A stretch of 59,601 nt of DNA, the filler included, from Callorhinchus milii (Eukaryota), in assembly GCF_018977255.1 (NCBI RefSeq). It is 2 parts of 2 records of this genome, joined end to end, with 100 filler letters (N's around TTAATTAATTAA, not from the genome) between each part and the next. Parts side by side here need not be neighbours in the genome. Positions count along the whole stretch, not along the records: positions 29,927 to 59,601 come from NW_024705644.1; 1 more part is not named here. One strand, given 5' to 3'. The notes beneath the pieces were generated by a model that saw only the letters and a program-made list of their open reading frames with translations, was not told where the DNA came from and did not search any database. Made by a program: the position numbers and the translations under genes. Shown in pieces: positions 39,139-51,223 of this stretch; the stretch's first letter is position 1; every line of letters starts with the position of its first letter.

Positions 39139-39809
39139 CCAAACATGTGGGGGGTCGACCGACTCAAAGGGTCCGTCTCCGCTGCTCTCACCTGACGTGT
39201 TGCCGGCTGTCCCGCCCCCAGGTGCACCAGGAATGACGGGCTCACGCCCGACAACCCCGACGGGGGATGCCGAGGGTCTCGCGACATCGAGAACAGACCC
39301 ACCCGGAAATGGACAGTTGCCACCCGACGGGCCGCCATCCGGGGTTGCCCCGTGTGACGGGCCAGCGGCAAGGACGCGCGCAAGAATGCGCAGACTCTTG
39401 TGATGAAAAAAAAAGAATTTTTTTTTTCCGTGTCATATTCACTGTGTGCTGCGTCGGTGGCGTGTTCCTGGCACATTGGATCGTACGTATGTTGTGTTCC
39501 TGGTGTGTTGTGTGTGTGCTGGGGTTCCCACCTGGCACATTGGATTGTACATATGTTGTGTTCCTGGTGTGTTGTGTGTGTGCTGGGGTTCCCTGGACAT
39601 TGTATATACGTTGGTTTTACGGTATTCGTATTTATTCGGGGGTGGGGTGCGTTGGGTTGTTTTCCCTTCTGGCTTTTCTGGTTATTGTTGTTGTTCTCGT
39701 TGCGTTATGGTTCAATAATTGTGAGGCACACGCGGGGTCAAAGGGTAAATAAAACTTTTATTGTTGATTGATGCAGCCGGGACGGCTGCGGGCTATGTAG
39801 GGGGGGTGA

Positions 39810-40383
39810 TGTAGGGGTGTTACGGAGGGCCAGTATACATGGGATCACACGGGAAACAAACACAGTGGGCGGGGCTCCATGAGCACACGGGGAGGCGCTC
39901 GCAACGACGTCCGCACCAGGCAGCCTGGGGGGCTGGCCCGGAGTGTGATCCCCCGGGGGGCCCCACCCCTCAGCGGGGGGTTGGGGATAAAAGGGGATGA
40001 GCCGGAGGGCTCGAGGCAGAATGTTACAGCTAAAGGCGTGAAGACCCAAGATCATCTAGCTAGAGCCCTGGACTCCCCTGGAACGCCGCCCTTGTCAGGG
40101 CCGCGCAGGACCGAGCCAGCGGCGTGGTCCCGAGAACCAGAGTTAGTGCTCTGGGACTCCGGGTACCGTAGCCCGACTCACCAGTGTCGGGCCAGATAGA
40201 CTCCCCTAGCTCTTAGCGGAGGACTAGGAGGTAGGTTAGAGATAGCTAGCAGTGTATTCCCAGCTAGCCGGGTGAGGGGGCCGATACCCCCTCTAGTATT
40301 GTATGACCGCGGTTGTAACCACTGTGCGGAATAAATACGTGTGCCTCAACCCCGAGTGTCCAAGCGTCCTCAACGGTACTACA
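39810..40383 (+). repeat. 3' LTR
   Basis: Near-identical to 33516-34090. Confidence 0.95.
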
Positions 40384-40699
40384 CACTTACACACACCTAC
40401 ACACACACCTCTATACACTTACACACACCTACACACACCTCTATACACTTACACACATACACACACCTCTATACACTTACACACACACCTCTATACACTT
40501 ACACACACACCTCTATACACTTACACACACACCTCTATACACTTACACACACACCTCTATACACTTACACACACATACACACACACCTATATACACTTAC
40601 AAACACCTCTATACACTCAACAACAACCGCCATTCGCCACTAAGTGGCGGTGACGTCACCACGACGCTTGTGCCAGGCTATGTGCACCATGTGCACCAC

Positions 40700-42530
40700 C
40701 CACGCACCCACTCGCCGATTTAATAACCTACCCATCCGCTCACCCACCCACCCACGAACCCACTCACCCACCCAATCACCTCCCCACTCACCCACCACTC
40801 ATTAACCCACTCAACCATCCAACCACTCACTCAAATATCCACTAATTTACCCATTCACCCATCCAACCACTCAATTATACACTCACACACAGACTCACGA
40901 ACCCATTCACCCAATCACTCATTAAAAAATCCACTCACCCACGTTCTCATTCCCCACTCGCTCAATTACCCGCTGACCCACCCAAGCACGAAATCATGTA
41001 TCCACCTCCCTATTCATTGAATTACTCATTCAACCACTCATTCATTCAAACTAACTCACTGACCCGCCCACTCACTCATCCACCCACCTAATCATTTACC
41101 AACTTAACCACCCACTGACTCATTAACACATTCACACATCCACCAATCTACACACTGAATTACCCACTCATTCATCCACCTACCACACACCCACCCACTC
41201 ACCCACCCATTCACCCTCCCACCCACTCACTCACTTTCCCACTCACTCTCCCACCCACACCCACCCACTCATTCATCCACTAATTTACCCACGCACTCAC
41301 CCACCCACCCACTCTCACTCACCCACTCACGCACCTCCTCACCCACCCACTCACCCACTCATGTACTCACTCGGTCACCTACTCACCCACTAATTCAATG
41401 ATTCACCGACTCATTCACTCGCTCACCCACCCACTCACCCATCCACTCACCCACCTACTCACCCACCTACTAACTTACCCACCTACTAACTCACCCACCC
41501 GCGTATCCACCCACTCACCCACCCACTCGCCCACTTACTAACTTACCCATCCACTCACCCACCCGCCCACGCACCCACTCATCCACTCACCCAATCACCT
41601 CCCCATTCACCCACCACTCATTTACCCACTCACCCATCCAACCACTCACTCAAATATCCACTAATTTACCCATTCACTCATCCAACCACTCAATTATCCC
41701 CTCACACACAGACTCACGAACTCACCCATTCACTCATTCAAAAATCCACTCACCCACGTACTCATTCCCCACTCGCTCAATTACCCACTGACCCACCCAA
41801 GCACCAAATCATGTATCCACCTCCCCATTCATTTAATTACCCATTCAACCACTCATTCATTTAAACTAACTCACTGACCCGCTCACTCACCAACCTAATC
41901 ATTCACCAACCACCAACTTACTCATTAACACATTCACACATCCACTAATCTACACACTGAATTACCCACTCATCCATCCACCTACCACACACCCACCCAC
42001 TCATTCACACACTGACCCACTCATTCAATTACCCATCCACCCATTCAACCACCTACCATCCACTTACCCAGGTACCAACTCATCCAATTACCCACACACC
42101 GATGCACTCATTCATCCACCACCTACCCACCCAACTTGCCACTCGATTTTTGTGTACCCAGTTGTACTGTTTGGCGGACAGAGGCAGGGGAACTTAAGAT
42201 ACTCGACCATTTTGGGACCTCCTTTGCCAGTACCAAAATATACTAATAGGGGTTTTCCCCTTTTTTCTGGCAACATTTGACTGCAAGTATTGTGGTTAAT
42301 GTAAGCATGATGCCTTGCAAAAGGTGTCAGTTTTGTTGCCAGAAAAAAGGGGAAAAACCCTATTAGTACTCGACCATTTGTTTCAACTGCTGGGCCAGAA
42401 GGTGGAACCAGCAATCTCTCTATTGCCAGTGAATTTTACGAGCCATTGCATCACAGCAGCCCCCTCCAGTATTTAATGTTTAACGAGGGTCTCTCTCTCT
42501 CTCTGCGTGTACATCAGGGTAATATATATA
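40700..42530. repeat. CCACTCA/ACCC-rich complex satellite plus unique tail, duplicated at 56895-58935
   Basis: Long matching blocks (e.g. CAAGCACGAAATCATGTATCCACCTCC; GAAGGTGGAACCAGCAATCTCTCTATTGCCAG...) in both locations. Confidence 0.88.
42243..42366. mobile_element. MITE-like element with ~33-bp terminal inverted repeats flanked by TA
   Basis: CTAATAGGGGTTTTCCCCTTTTTTCTGGCAACA ... TGTTGCCAGAAAAAAGGGGAAAAACCCTATTAG; absent from the duplicate at ~58780. Confidence 0.65.
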
Positions 42531-42545
42531 GGGTAATATATAAGG

Positions 42546-42785
42546 CAATCTGTGCACAAGCGCCACCCTCCCTCAGCATTTCGCTTGGGAGATCATCTCT
42601 GCCCGGTGCCTTTCCTGGTCTCAGACTCCGGATCGCCTTCAGTACTTCCTCAACAGATGGCACCTCAGCCAGCCACTCACAGGGGGTGACTTCCTCCAAT
42701 ATTTGAGGCACCGCAGCCTCAGCAGGGTTATCCCCACTTTGTGCCATGATGTTTTCCTGGCTGAGAGATTTTCCCTCCCCCAGGA
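42546..42785 (-). mobile_element. RTE-like LINE RT N-terminal fragment
   Basis: VPSVEEVLKAIRSLRPGKAPGRDDLPSEMLREGG. Confidence 0.75.
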
Positions 42786-42879
42786 CCTCACACACACCTC
42801 TATACACTTACACACACACCTCTTACACTTACACACACACCTACATACACCCCTCTATACACACCTCTATACACTTACA

Positions 42880-43570
42880 AAGAACCCCCGTATAGCCTTT
42901 AACAGACTGTTGGGGCAAGTGCTGTTAGCGAGCACCTATGAAGGCCGGAACGGCACACGAGGGGGTGGGTGGCCAGCACCACGCCCGGCCGCCTTTGTCT
43001 CCCAGTGGCGATGTTTACACACCGCACCAGGTACTCATTTGAGGCTGAGTCGACCTAGGGGAGGCCCAGGAACCGGTTCAGATAATCGTCACTGGTGTTG
43101 GCCGTGAGCGGGAATCGAACTCGGGTCGCCGGGTTCATAGCGCAGCGCGCTAACCGCTACACTACGCTCCCCACTTACACACACATACACACACACACCT
43201 CTACACATACACCTCTATACACACCTCTACACACCTTTACACACCTCTACACACCTCTATATACTTACACAAAGACAAAGATCCCCCGTATAGCCTTAAC
43301 AGACTGTAGGGGCAAGTGCTGTTAGCGAGCACCTATGAAGGCCGGAACGGTACACGAGGGGTGGGTGGCCAGCACCACGCCCGACCGCCTTTGTCTCCCT
43401 AGTGGCGATGTTTACACACCGCACCAGGTACTCATTTAAGGCTGAGTCGACCTAGGGGAGGCCCAGGACCGGTTCAGATAATCGTCACTGGTGTTGGCCG
43501 TGAGCGGGAATCGAACCCGGGTCGCCAGGTTCATAGCGCAGCGCGCTAACCGCTACACTACCGCTCCCCA
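42880..43570 (-). mobile_element. Two tandem tRNA-derived SINEs (42880-43170, 43270-43570)
   Basis: Minus-strand head GGGAGCGGTAGTGTAGCGGTTAGCGCG...GGTTCGATTCCCG with A/B boxes; the copies are near-identical. Relatives at ~30330-30600 and ~47870-47990. Confidence 0.82.
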
Positions 43571-43842
43571 CACACACCTACACACACCCACCTCTATACA
43601 CCTACACACACACACCTCTATACACTTACACACACCTACACACACCTCTATACATCTAAACACCTACACACACACCTCTATACCCTTACTCACACCTACA
43701 CACAGGAGGAGGTGGTAGTGCAGGAACGAAAGGGCCTGGCTCGTGTGGCGAACGCGATCCGTGCGCTCCTCCGCAGCATGATGCTGTTTTGTTGCGACCG
43801 GTCGACCGCACAGTTGGGGTGATGGAGGTGGTGATACACACC

Positions 43843-44157
43843 ACACACACCACAAACACCACACACCACTCGCACCACACACACCACTCACACCACACAC
43901 ACCACACACACCACACAAACCACACACACCACTCACACCACACACACCACTCACACCACACACACCACACAAACCACTCACACCACACACACCACTCACA
44001 CCACACACACCACTCACACCACACACACCACACGCACCACACGCACCACTCACACCACACACACCACACACACTACACACACCACTCACACCACACACAC
44101 GACACACACCACTCATACCACACACACCACTCACACCACACACCCCACTCACACCAC
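43843..44157. repeat. (CACAC/CACTCACAC) microsatellite
   Basis: Directly visible. Confidence 0.9.
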
Positions 44158-44226
44158 AGGACCTTTCCCCCTTGACCTCCTGCCAGCGGGCGTTCGACAC
44201 TTCACGTGGCCTCAAGGTGCACTTGG

Positions 44227-44964
44227 CCTGGCACAAGCGTCGTGGTGACGTCACCGCCACTTAGTGACGAATGGCGGTTGTTGTTGTATAGGTGTGTGTG
44301 TGTAGGTGTGTAAGTGTATAGAGGTGTGTGTAGGTGTGTAAGTGTACGGAGGTGTTCGGGTGAGTAACCCTGGCAGCGCAACGCTGCTGGCGTCTCGTGC
44401 TGCCGCCTGTACCGCGCCTTGTCCACCAGAGGGCATCGCCTACCCACGGGTTGTGTGGCGTCAGGGTGAGAAGTGGAGGGTGGGGGAGGGGTCCGGGGAT
44501 GGGGGGGGCTGCTGCTGCAGCGCTCAGCAAGGGGTCGTGCTTGGTGCACCACTGCCAATTCTTTATTGCATCGATCTGTCTCATTCTTTGTCTCTGCTTC
44601 TATTTCCTTGCGCCCGAGTATGCACCGCTACTTGTGGTTCCCTCTCTGTATTCATTGGAGAGCCACATCCAAACCACTAAATCTTCTTGTTTCTTGTGTG
44701 AAGCCCTCTCCAATATTTTATTTGATTTCTGCAAAAGGGCTGCTGCCATGACTGTGGAATGGTTGTCACGATTGACTTAAAATGTCGCGGTTCGATCTCC
44801 CAGCCTGGCCTTGAAAACATTGACCAGGATTCTTACAATTCCCTGTTTTTGTCCACCCACAGTCCATCAGTGGGTCGCGTGCAATGGGCTAAATGGCGAG
44901 TACTCCCACCTCTTTCAAGACATATGGTCAGTGTGGAAAAGTTGGCCAAAACATACCCACCGGA
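44227..44964 (-). repeat. Dispersed repeat copy 2 (inverted, unexpanded, no Gypsy)
   Basis: Reverse complement of 31869-32485 + 40617-40678 with only ~60 bp of satellite. Confidence 0.9.
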
Positions 44965-45864
44965 GGCCAATGTGACGAGGCCATAGATAGACAATGCGTT
45001 ATAACGGGGGGGGGGGGGGGAGCAAGAAAAACGTCGTACTACGTGACATCACAACACCCTGCACGCAGCCATAGTGGCTGATTAGGGTGCGCATCATTTA
45101 CGAATATGTGGTTTAAGTGATTGAGAGTATATTTTGGTGTAAATTGATCACGATGCTTTGCGTAGCCTGCATTTAAAATTTCATGCGTGGGTGCATGACC
45201 AGATATGAGTGGGTGAATGCGTGAGTAAGCCGGTAAGTGAGTATATGGGTGGATGGAGGGAGCTTGGCAGGCATGGCATGGGCTGGAGTGGAGGTGGACT
45301 GATGCGGTACGGGAGGATGTGGAGCTGAGTGGGCTTTGCCGACGACTGGTACCAGTGGTATCGAGATCGGCCTCTGCGGGGAGGCTCGTGAAGGATGCTT
45401 CTACTTGGCAGTTGGCGACACTCGCCCTCCAACAACAACGGAGGAGTGACACTCACAACAACGAGCGGAACACCGGATGATAAATATGCAGCAATTTGGC
45501 ACAGTACAGGGTACAGGTGGTGCTGCCAGTCATCTCAGTCAGCCAACCCATGGCACCTGGGTCTGTTCCAGGACCTCCGGTCAGCGAGCCTTCGACACTT
45601 CACGTGGCTTCAAAGTGCACCTGGCCTGGCACAGGCGCTGTGGTGACGTCACTGTCACTTATTGGCGAATGGTGACGGTTGATAATGCAGCGGTGGTTGT
45701 GAGAGATGCCATTTTGGGGGGGGGGGGGCGCCAACCCTGACCAGCTGTGAACCTCACGTCGCCCGCAGCCACCAGTGGCCACAGGGAGTTCTGGATGGGT
45801 GCGAGGGGCTGGTAACCCCCCTCCACCTTCAACTAAATCACCACACATTCACGTGCGAGCCCTT

Positions 45865-46270
45865 GGGTCTCTCTGTGAGTCTATGGATCTCTGTGTGGTG
45901 AGTCTATGGGTCTCTGTGAAAGTCCGTGGGTCTCTGTGAGGTGAGTCTATGTGTCTGTGTGGTGAGTTTATGTGTCTCTGCTTTGTGAGTCTATAGGGCT
46001 CTGTGCGAGTCTGTTTGAATCGGTGGTTCTCTGTGTGATGAGTCTATGCGTTTTTGTATAACTCTATGGGTCTCTGTGGGGTGAGTCTATGGGTCTCTGT
46101 GGGGTGAGTCTATGGGGCTGTGGTGAGTCTATGGGGCTCTGTGGTGAGTCCATGTGTTTGTGTGGTGAGTCTATAGACCTCTGTGCGAGTCTGAGGGTCT
46201 GTGCGTAGTGAGTGTATAGGTCTATGTGTGATGACTCTCTGGGTCTCTATGTGATGGATATCTGTGGTGT
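45865..46270. repeat. ~20-22-bp degenerate tandem repeat (GTGAGTCTATGGGTCTCTGT)
   Basis: Directly visible. Confidence 0.85.
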
Positions 46271-46849
46271 ACATATCCTGGCACAAGCGCCGTTAGTGGA
46301 GAATGCTCCTCCCACTACTCCTGCTTGTTGTTGTGCTCGGGAAGGAGAGATAAAACTAGACTAAAATCTCAACGATTTTCATTTCACCAGGTAAGGTCCA
46401 CTGAGATAAACATCTCTTTTATTACGCACTTTTATTTAACTCACTGTCTGTTGTTGTCGTATCCTCAAATCTTGCAACTCAATTTTAACCCACTTCCCAA
46501 TGTGGTATCGACTGCAAACTTGGTATACTTATGTCGTACTGATGACAAAACTACATTCTATAAAAAAAGTATTTTTAAACATTCATTTTTATGATGTTTC
46601 AGCTTGGGTCTAATTGTCCACGCTCAACTGACGTTGGCTGTAAATCACCAGGGCCCCTTACGTTATGGCAAGCCTCGGGGCCACTTCCTGGAGTCGTGGT
46701 ACATTTAATTTAATTAAAGCGTGGTTTTTTAAAAAAAAGTACTTTTAAATATTACTTATTCAGAAGCGACTTGGCACCAATAATAGCTCAACGAAGTGGC
46801 TCGTCATCACGTGTAAATTATAGCAGCCAAATACTTTAAACGAATATTC

Positions 46850-47070
46850 ATATTCTTGGTTCTTTCGGTAAAGTCACGTAAATAGAAAACCCCCCAAAAA
46901 ATGAGTAATGCAAATAAATCGAATAAATTGCTTTTTATTATTTTCAATTTATCTTATTTTTTTAACTTAAAAAAATAGATTTGTTTTTGTTTTCTATTTA
47001 CGTGACTTTACCGAAAGAACCAAGAATATTAATTCCTGCAGTCACGAAAGTTTTAAGTCAAAACTTTAAA
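46850..47070. mobile_element. Inverted pair of Penelope-like element termini
   Basis: TTCTTGGTTCTTTCGGTAAAGTCACGTAAATAGAAA and its reverse complement ~100 bp downstream, followed by CTGCAGTCACGAAAG. Same sequence as 50400-50458. Confidence 0.65.
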
Positions 47071-48054
47071 CGAATGTATCTTAATGTGGAGAGAAAAACC
47101 AGAGGACCTGGAGAAAAATCCACGCGACCACGGGGAGAGACAGAGACACGCAAACTCCAAATATACAGCAGGCATCAGGGTCGGGATCGAACCTACAAAC
47201 TCCTGTATACCAGGCGAGGTAGTTAGGGGGGAAAGCAGAGACAGCGAGAGGGAAGATATTTAGTCAAACTCACACTCAGTATTACTCACCAACCATGATA
47301 CACTCACCACACACTCACCATCACACTCACCATGATACTCACCATCACACTCACCATCACACTCACCATGATACTCACCATCATACTCACGCATTCACCA
47401 TCATACTCACAAACAATCCCACACACATCAACAGTAGCCATTCACCACTACGTGGCGATGACGTCACCACAATAACCCAGGTGCCATGGTTTGACGGCTG
47501 TGCCAGGCTAAGTGCAGGAGAAGGTCACGGGCCAGACTCAGGTGCCATGGGCCGACTGCTCTGCCTGGCTCGGTACAAGAGGAGGGCTAGACCCTGGTGC
47601 TATGGGTTAACTCGTGTGCCACCACCTGCACAGCCACCACAGTAACAACCACACAATTATAATCACAACAATAACCACGACCAACAACTGTAACCACAAC
47701 TATAATGTAACCACAACTATAATGTAACCACAACTATAATGTAACCACAACAGCAGCAGCAGCAGGGCCGAGCTCTGCTTGAAGCTGCGCCGTGAACTCC
47801 GCAGAACGTGACGGCTGTGGGCCAGGCGCCTCCTCTGTCTCCTCCCACCGCCGCCGCCACTGCTGATCGGTGGACACACCGCGCGAGGTTCTCACCTTCA
47901 GGCTGAGTCGACGCAGAGGAGGCCCAGCGAGCCGCCGCTTCAGAAGCTTTCGCTCGCCACTGACGGTGGCCGTGAGCGGGAATCCAAACCAGCTGCTCGC
48001 CACCCACAATGCACAGCGCGCGCCGCCTCCACTCGAACCCAGCGGAAGTGGCAG

Positions 48055-49095
48055 CGGGGGGAGGGGTGGGGCATGGGGGGTGAGGGGCATGGGGAGGGGT
48101 GGGGCATGGGGGTGAGGGGGGGCATGGGGGGTGAGGGGCATGGGGGGTGAGGGGGTGGGGCATGGGGGGTGAGGGGCATGGGGGGTTGAGGGGGAGGGCA
48201 TGGGGGGAGGGGGGTGGGGCATGGGGGGTGAGGGGGGGGGCATGGGGGGAGGGGGGGGGCATGGGGGGTTGAGGGGCATGGGGGGGGGGGGGGGCAGGGG
48301 GGTGAGGGGCATGGGGGTTGAGGGGGAGGGGGCATGGGGGTGAGGGGGGGGCATGGGGGTTGAGGGGGAGGGCATGGGGGAGGGGGGTGGGGCATGGGGG
48401 GTGAGGGGGGCATGGGGGGTGAGGGGCATGGGGGGTGAGGGGGGGGCATGGGGGGGAGGGGGTGGGGCATGGGGGTGAGGGCATGGGGGAGGGGGTGGGG
48501 CATGGGGGTGGCATGGGGAGGGGTGGGGCATGGGGTGAGGGGGGGCATGGGGGGTGAGGGGCATGGGGGGTTGAGGGGGAGGGGCATGGGGGAGGGGGTG
48601 GGGCATGGGGGTGAGGGGGGCATGGGGGGTGAGGGGCATGGGGGTTGAGGGGGAGGGGCATGGGGGGGAGGGGGGTGGGGCATGGGGGTGAGGGGCATGG
48701 GGGAAGGGGGGTGGGGCATGGGGGTGAGGGGGGGCATGGGGGTGAGGGGCATGGGGGGTTGAGGGGAGGGGCATGAGGGAGGGGGTGGGGCATGGGGCAT
48801 GGGGGGGGGCATGGGGGGAGGGGGTGGGCATGGGGGTGAGGGGAGGGGCATGAGGGGTGGGCATGGGGGTGAGGGGGGGCATGGGGTGAGGGGGGGCATG
48901 GGGGTGAGGGGCATGGGGGGGTGGGGCATGGGGGGTGAGGGGCATGGGGTGAGGGGAGGGCATGGGGGGGTGGGCATGGGGGTGAGGGGGTGGGGCATGG
49001 GGGTGAGGGGGGCATGGGGCAGAGGGGCAGGGGGGGGGGGGGCATGGGGGGAGGGGGTGGGGCATGGGGGTGAGGTGAGGGGAGGGCATGGGGGG
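48055..49095. repeat. Extremely G-rich satellite (GGGGCATGGGGGGTGAGGGG)
   Basis: About 1 kb of G-runs; strong G-quadruplex potential. Confidence 0.92.
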
Positions 49096-50394
49096 AGGAG
49101 CTCATGGCTGTGACATCACGGGGGGCGTGGTTACCTTGTACCGCCCCCGCGTCTCGCGCCACTGGCAGTTTGGCCGTTAGAGATGTCTACGTAGTTTATA
49201 CTTTAGTTGTTTACGTGGTGGTTTAGTTACTGCAGCTACATACTATTAACATTCCTTTATTAATGTCACCCCTATCCCCTCCCTTTGATGCTGCTAATCC
49301 TGCATAATCAACGGGCATAATATGACTTTAAACCCCCCGCCCACCTCCTACGCATTTCACAAGTAGTAGTAATCACATACCTGCATTTCCCATAAATATG
49401 CTAAATTCCTCTTGATATGCAAATTATTTTGTCAAGGCGGCCTTCCCCCCTTCCAACCCAGCTTAAATATACGTTCCAAGCGTGGTGGTGTTTCATTCCT
49501 ACCCACACACTCACTCATCCACAAACCCACTCACCCCCTCACTCATCCATCCACTCACATACTCACCCAGCCACTCACCTACTCACCCAGTCACATCCAC
49601 ATCCACTCACCATGCTACCCACTCAATTTCTAACCCACCCTCTCGCCCAACCACCCGGCCGGCCACTCCCTCAGCAACTCACCCACTAACCACGTAATTA
49701 TTCACCCACCCACCCATCACTCAACCACCCAATAATTCAACCACCAAAACATTCAACCACCCACGAACTCAACCACCGAGCCACTCACACGCACCCACTC
49801 AACTACTGAGCCATTCATACACTGACCCACTCACTAAGCCACCCACTCAATCACTAACCCACACTCATGCACCCAGCCACTCACTCACTCAGCGACTCAC
49901 CTATGACGCATCAACCCATCCACTCACTCATCCACCCACGCACCCACTCACGCACGCACCCACTCATCCACACATGCACGCACCCACTCATCCACACAAT
50001 AAACGAATATTTAATTGTTTTTCATTTTACTGTAGAGGCTCACTGACCTGGCCCAGCTTCGGCTCAGGTCCGACCCTCAGCCACACGAGCCTGGCCCTCA
50101 CAAGGACACAGACCTCGCTGCTCTGAGGTCGCCCCTGGCTTGCCCTGCTCGGCTCTTATAAGAGCAGCGAGTCAGGGTAGTCCCAGGGCTAGCTAGCTGG
50201 TCTTCAGTCGCCACTGGCTCTTCTGCTCCAACGATTGCCTCGAGCTCTCTCGCGCACCGCCTTATATAGCCAACTGCCCCCCGAGGGGCGGGGCTGTATG
50301 CGGACGTTGATGTAGACACCCCACGCACGGACCGTGATGTAGACACCGCAACGTAATGGCTTGCTACACCCCGGTACGTAACACCTCTACATCT

Positions 50395-50880
50395 CGATTT
50401 AAAGCTTTCGTGACTGCAGTGATTCATCTTCTTGGTTCTTTCGGTAAAGTCACGTAGAAGGGAAGTAATAAAATAAAATAAACATAATTAAATAATTCTC
50501 ACGACGTTTCGGCCACAATGCAAGCAGCCGTCCTCAGGTGAAAACCAGGTCTGTCGAGGCGACAGCGTCTGAATGAAACACCACACGAGCTTGGAGCATA
50601 TATATAAGCTGGGCGCCTTGACAAAGGAATTTGCATATCAAGAGGAATTTAACATTTCCATGGGAAATGCAGGAATGTGATTAGTACTACATATACCTGT
50701 GCATTATGCAGGATTAGCAGTATCAAAGGGAGAGGATATGGGAAATGCAGGTATGTGAATAGTACTAATTCAGCATCAAAGGGGAGGGATAGGGGTAGCA
50801 TTAATAAAGGGAAGGAGTGTTAACAGTATGTAGCTGCAACAACTAAAACCAACACGTAAACAACTAAAGTATAAACCACA
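50395..50880 (-). mobile_element. Penelope-like element pseudo-LTR
   Basis: Contains a hammerhead core and a PLE-type end (ACGTGACTTTACCGAAAGAACC...CAGTCACGAAAGCTTTAAATC). An inverted partial copy lies at 49190-49440. Confidence 0.7.
50496..50544 (-). ncRNA. Minimal type I hammerhead ribozyme
   Basis: Minus strand: ttttcac CTGAGGA c ggctgc-ttgcatt-gtggcc GAAAC GTC gtgagaa. Stem I 7 bp, stem II, palindromic ACGT stem III, GUC cleavage triplet. Confidence 0.75.
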
Positions 50881-51084
50881 TAGTATCATCAGTATACTTA
50901 CTATACTCTACAATAAGCTGAGTTACTAACAGTAAGTAATACATTACAATTCTACGTCGTAAAAATTATATAATATGCTTCCATCTAAACTTTATTCTCT
51001 TTCATCACACGAGTCTACACCGTACTATATACTGCCATAGACAAACCCAACATTAAATTATATACTGTCTCTGTGTTTGTATAT

Positions 51085-51177
51085 GTGGATCGCCTCATCA
51101 ACGACAATTTCAACCGAGAAGATGGATTTGGGCTTAGCAATCATTGGAAGGACGTAATAAACCATTTCGGATCTTAA
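51085..51177 (+). mobile_element. Penelope-like ORF C-terminal remnant (after GIY-YIG)
   Basis: Hand-translated VDRLINDNFNREDGFGLSNHWKDVINHFGS*; NFNREDG..LS..W is the recalled PLE C-terminal motif. Confidence 0.65.
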
Positions 51178-51223
51178 CTGATTGTGTTCACGTTTACGGT
51201 GACTTTCAGCGGCTGCTGCTTCA

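Larger units (their letters stand above)
33516..40383 (+). mobile_element. Full-length Ty3/Gypsy LTR retrotransposon
   Basis: LTRs 33516-34090 and 39810-40383 (TGTAG..CTACA, about 4 substitutions + 1 indel), TSD CACT, PBS, PPT AGGGGGGG before the 3' LTR, domain order gag-PR-RT-RH-IN. Confidence 0.97.

Noticed and set aside
39107..39771. Possible env-like or extra ORF downstream of integrase
   Set aside because: Only short ORFs over GT-rich, partly duplicated 3' UTR sequence; no signal peptide/TM architecture.
47717..49162. Long Pro-rich ORFs in all three minus frames
   Set aside because: Translation of the G-rich satellite.
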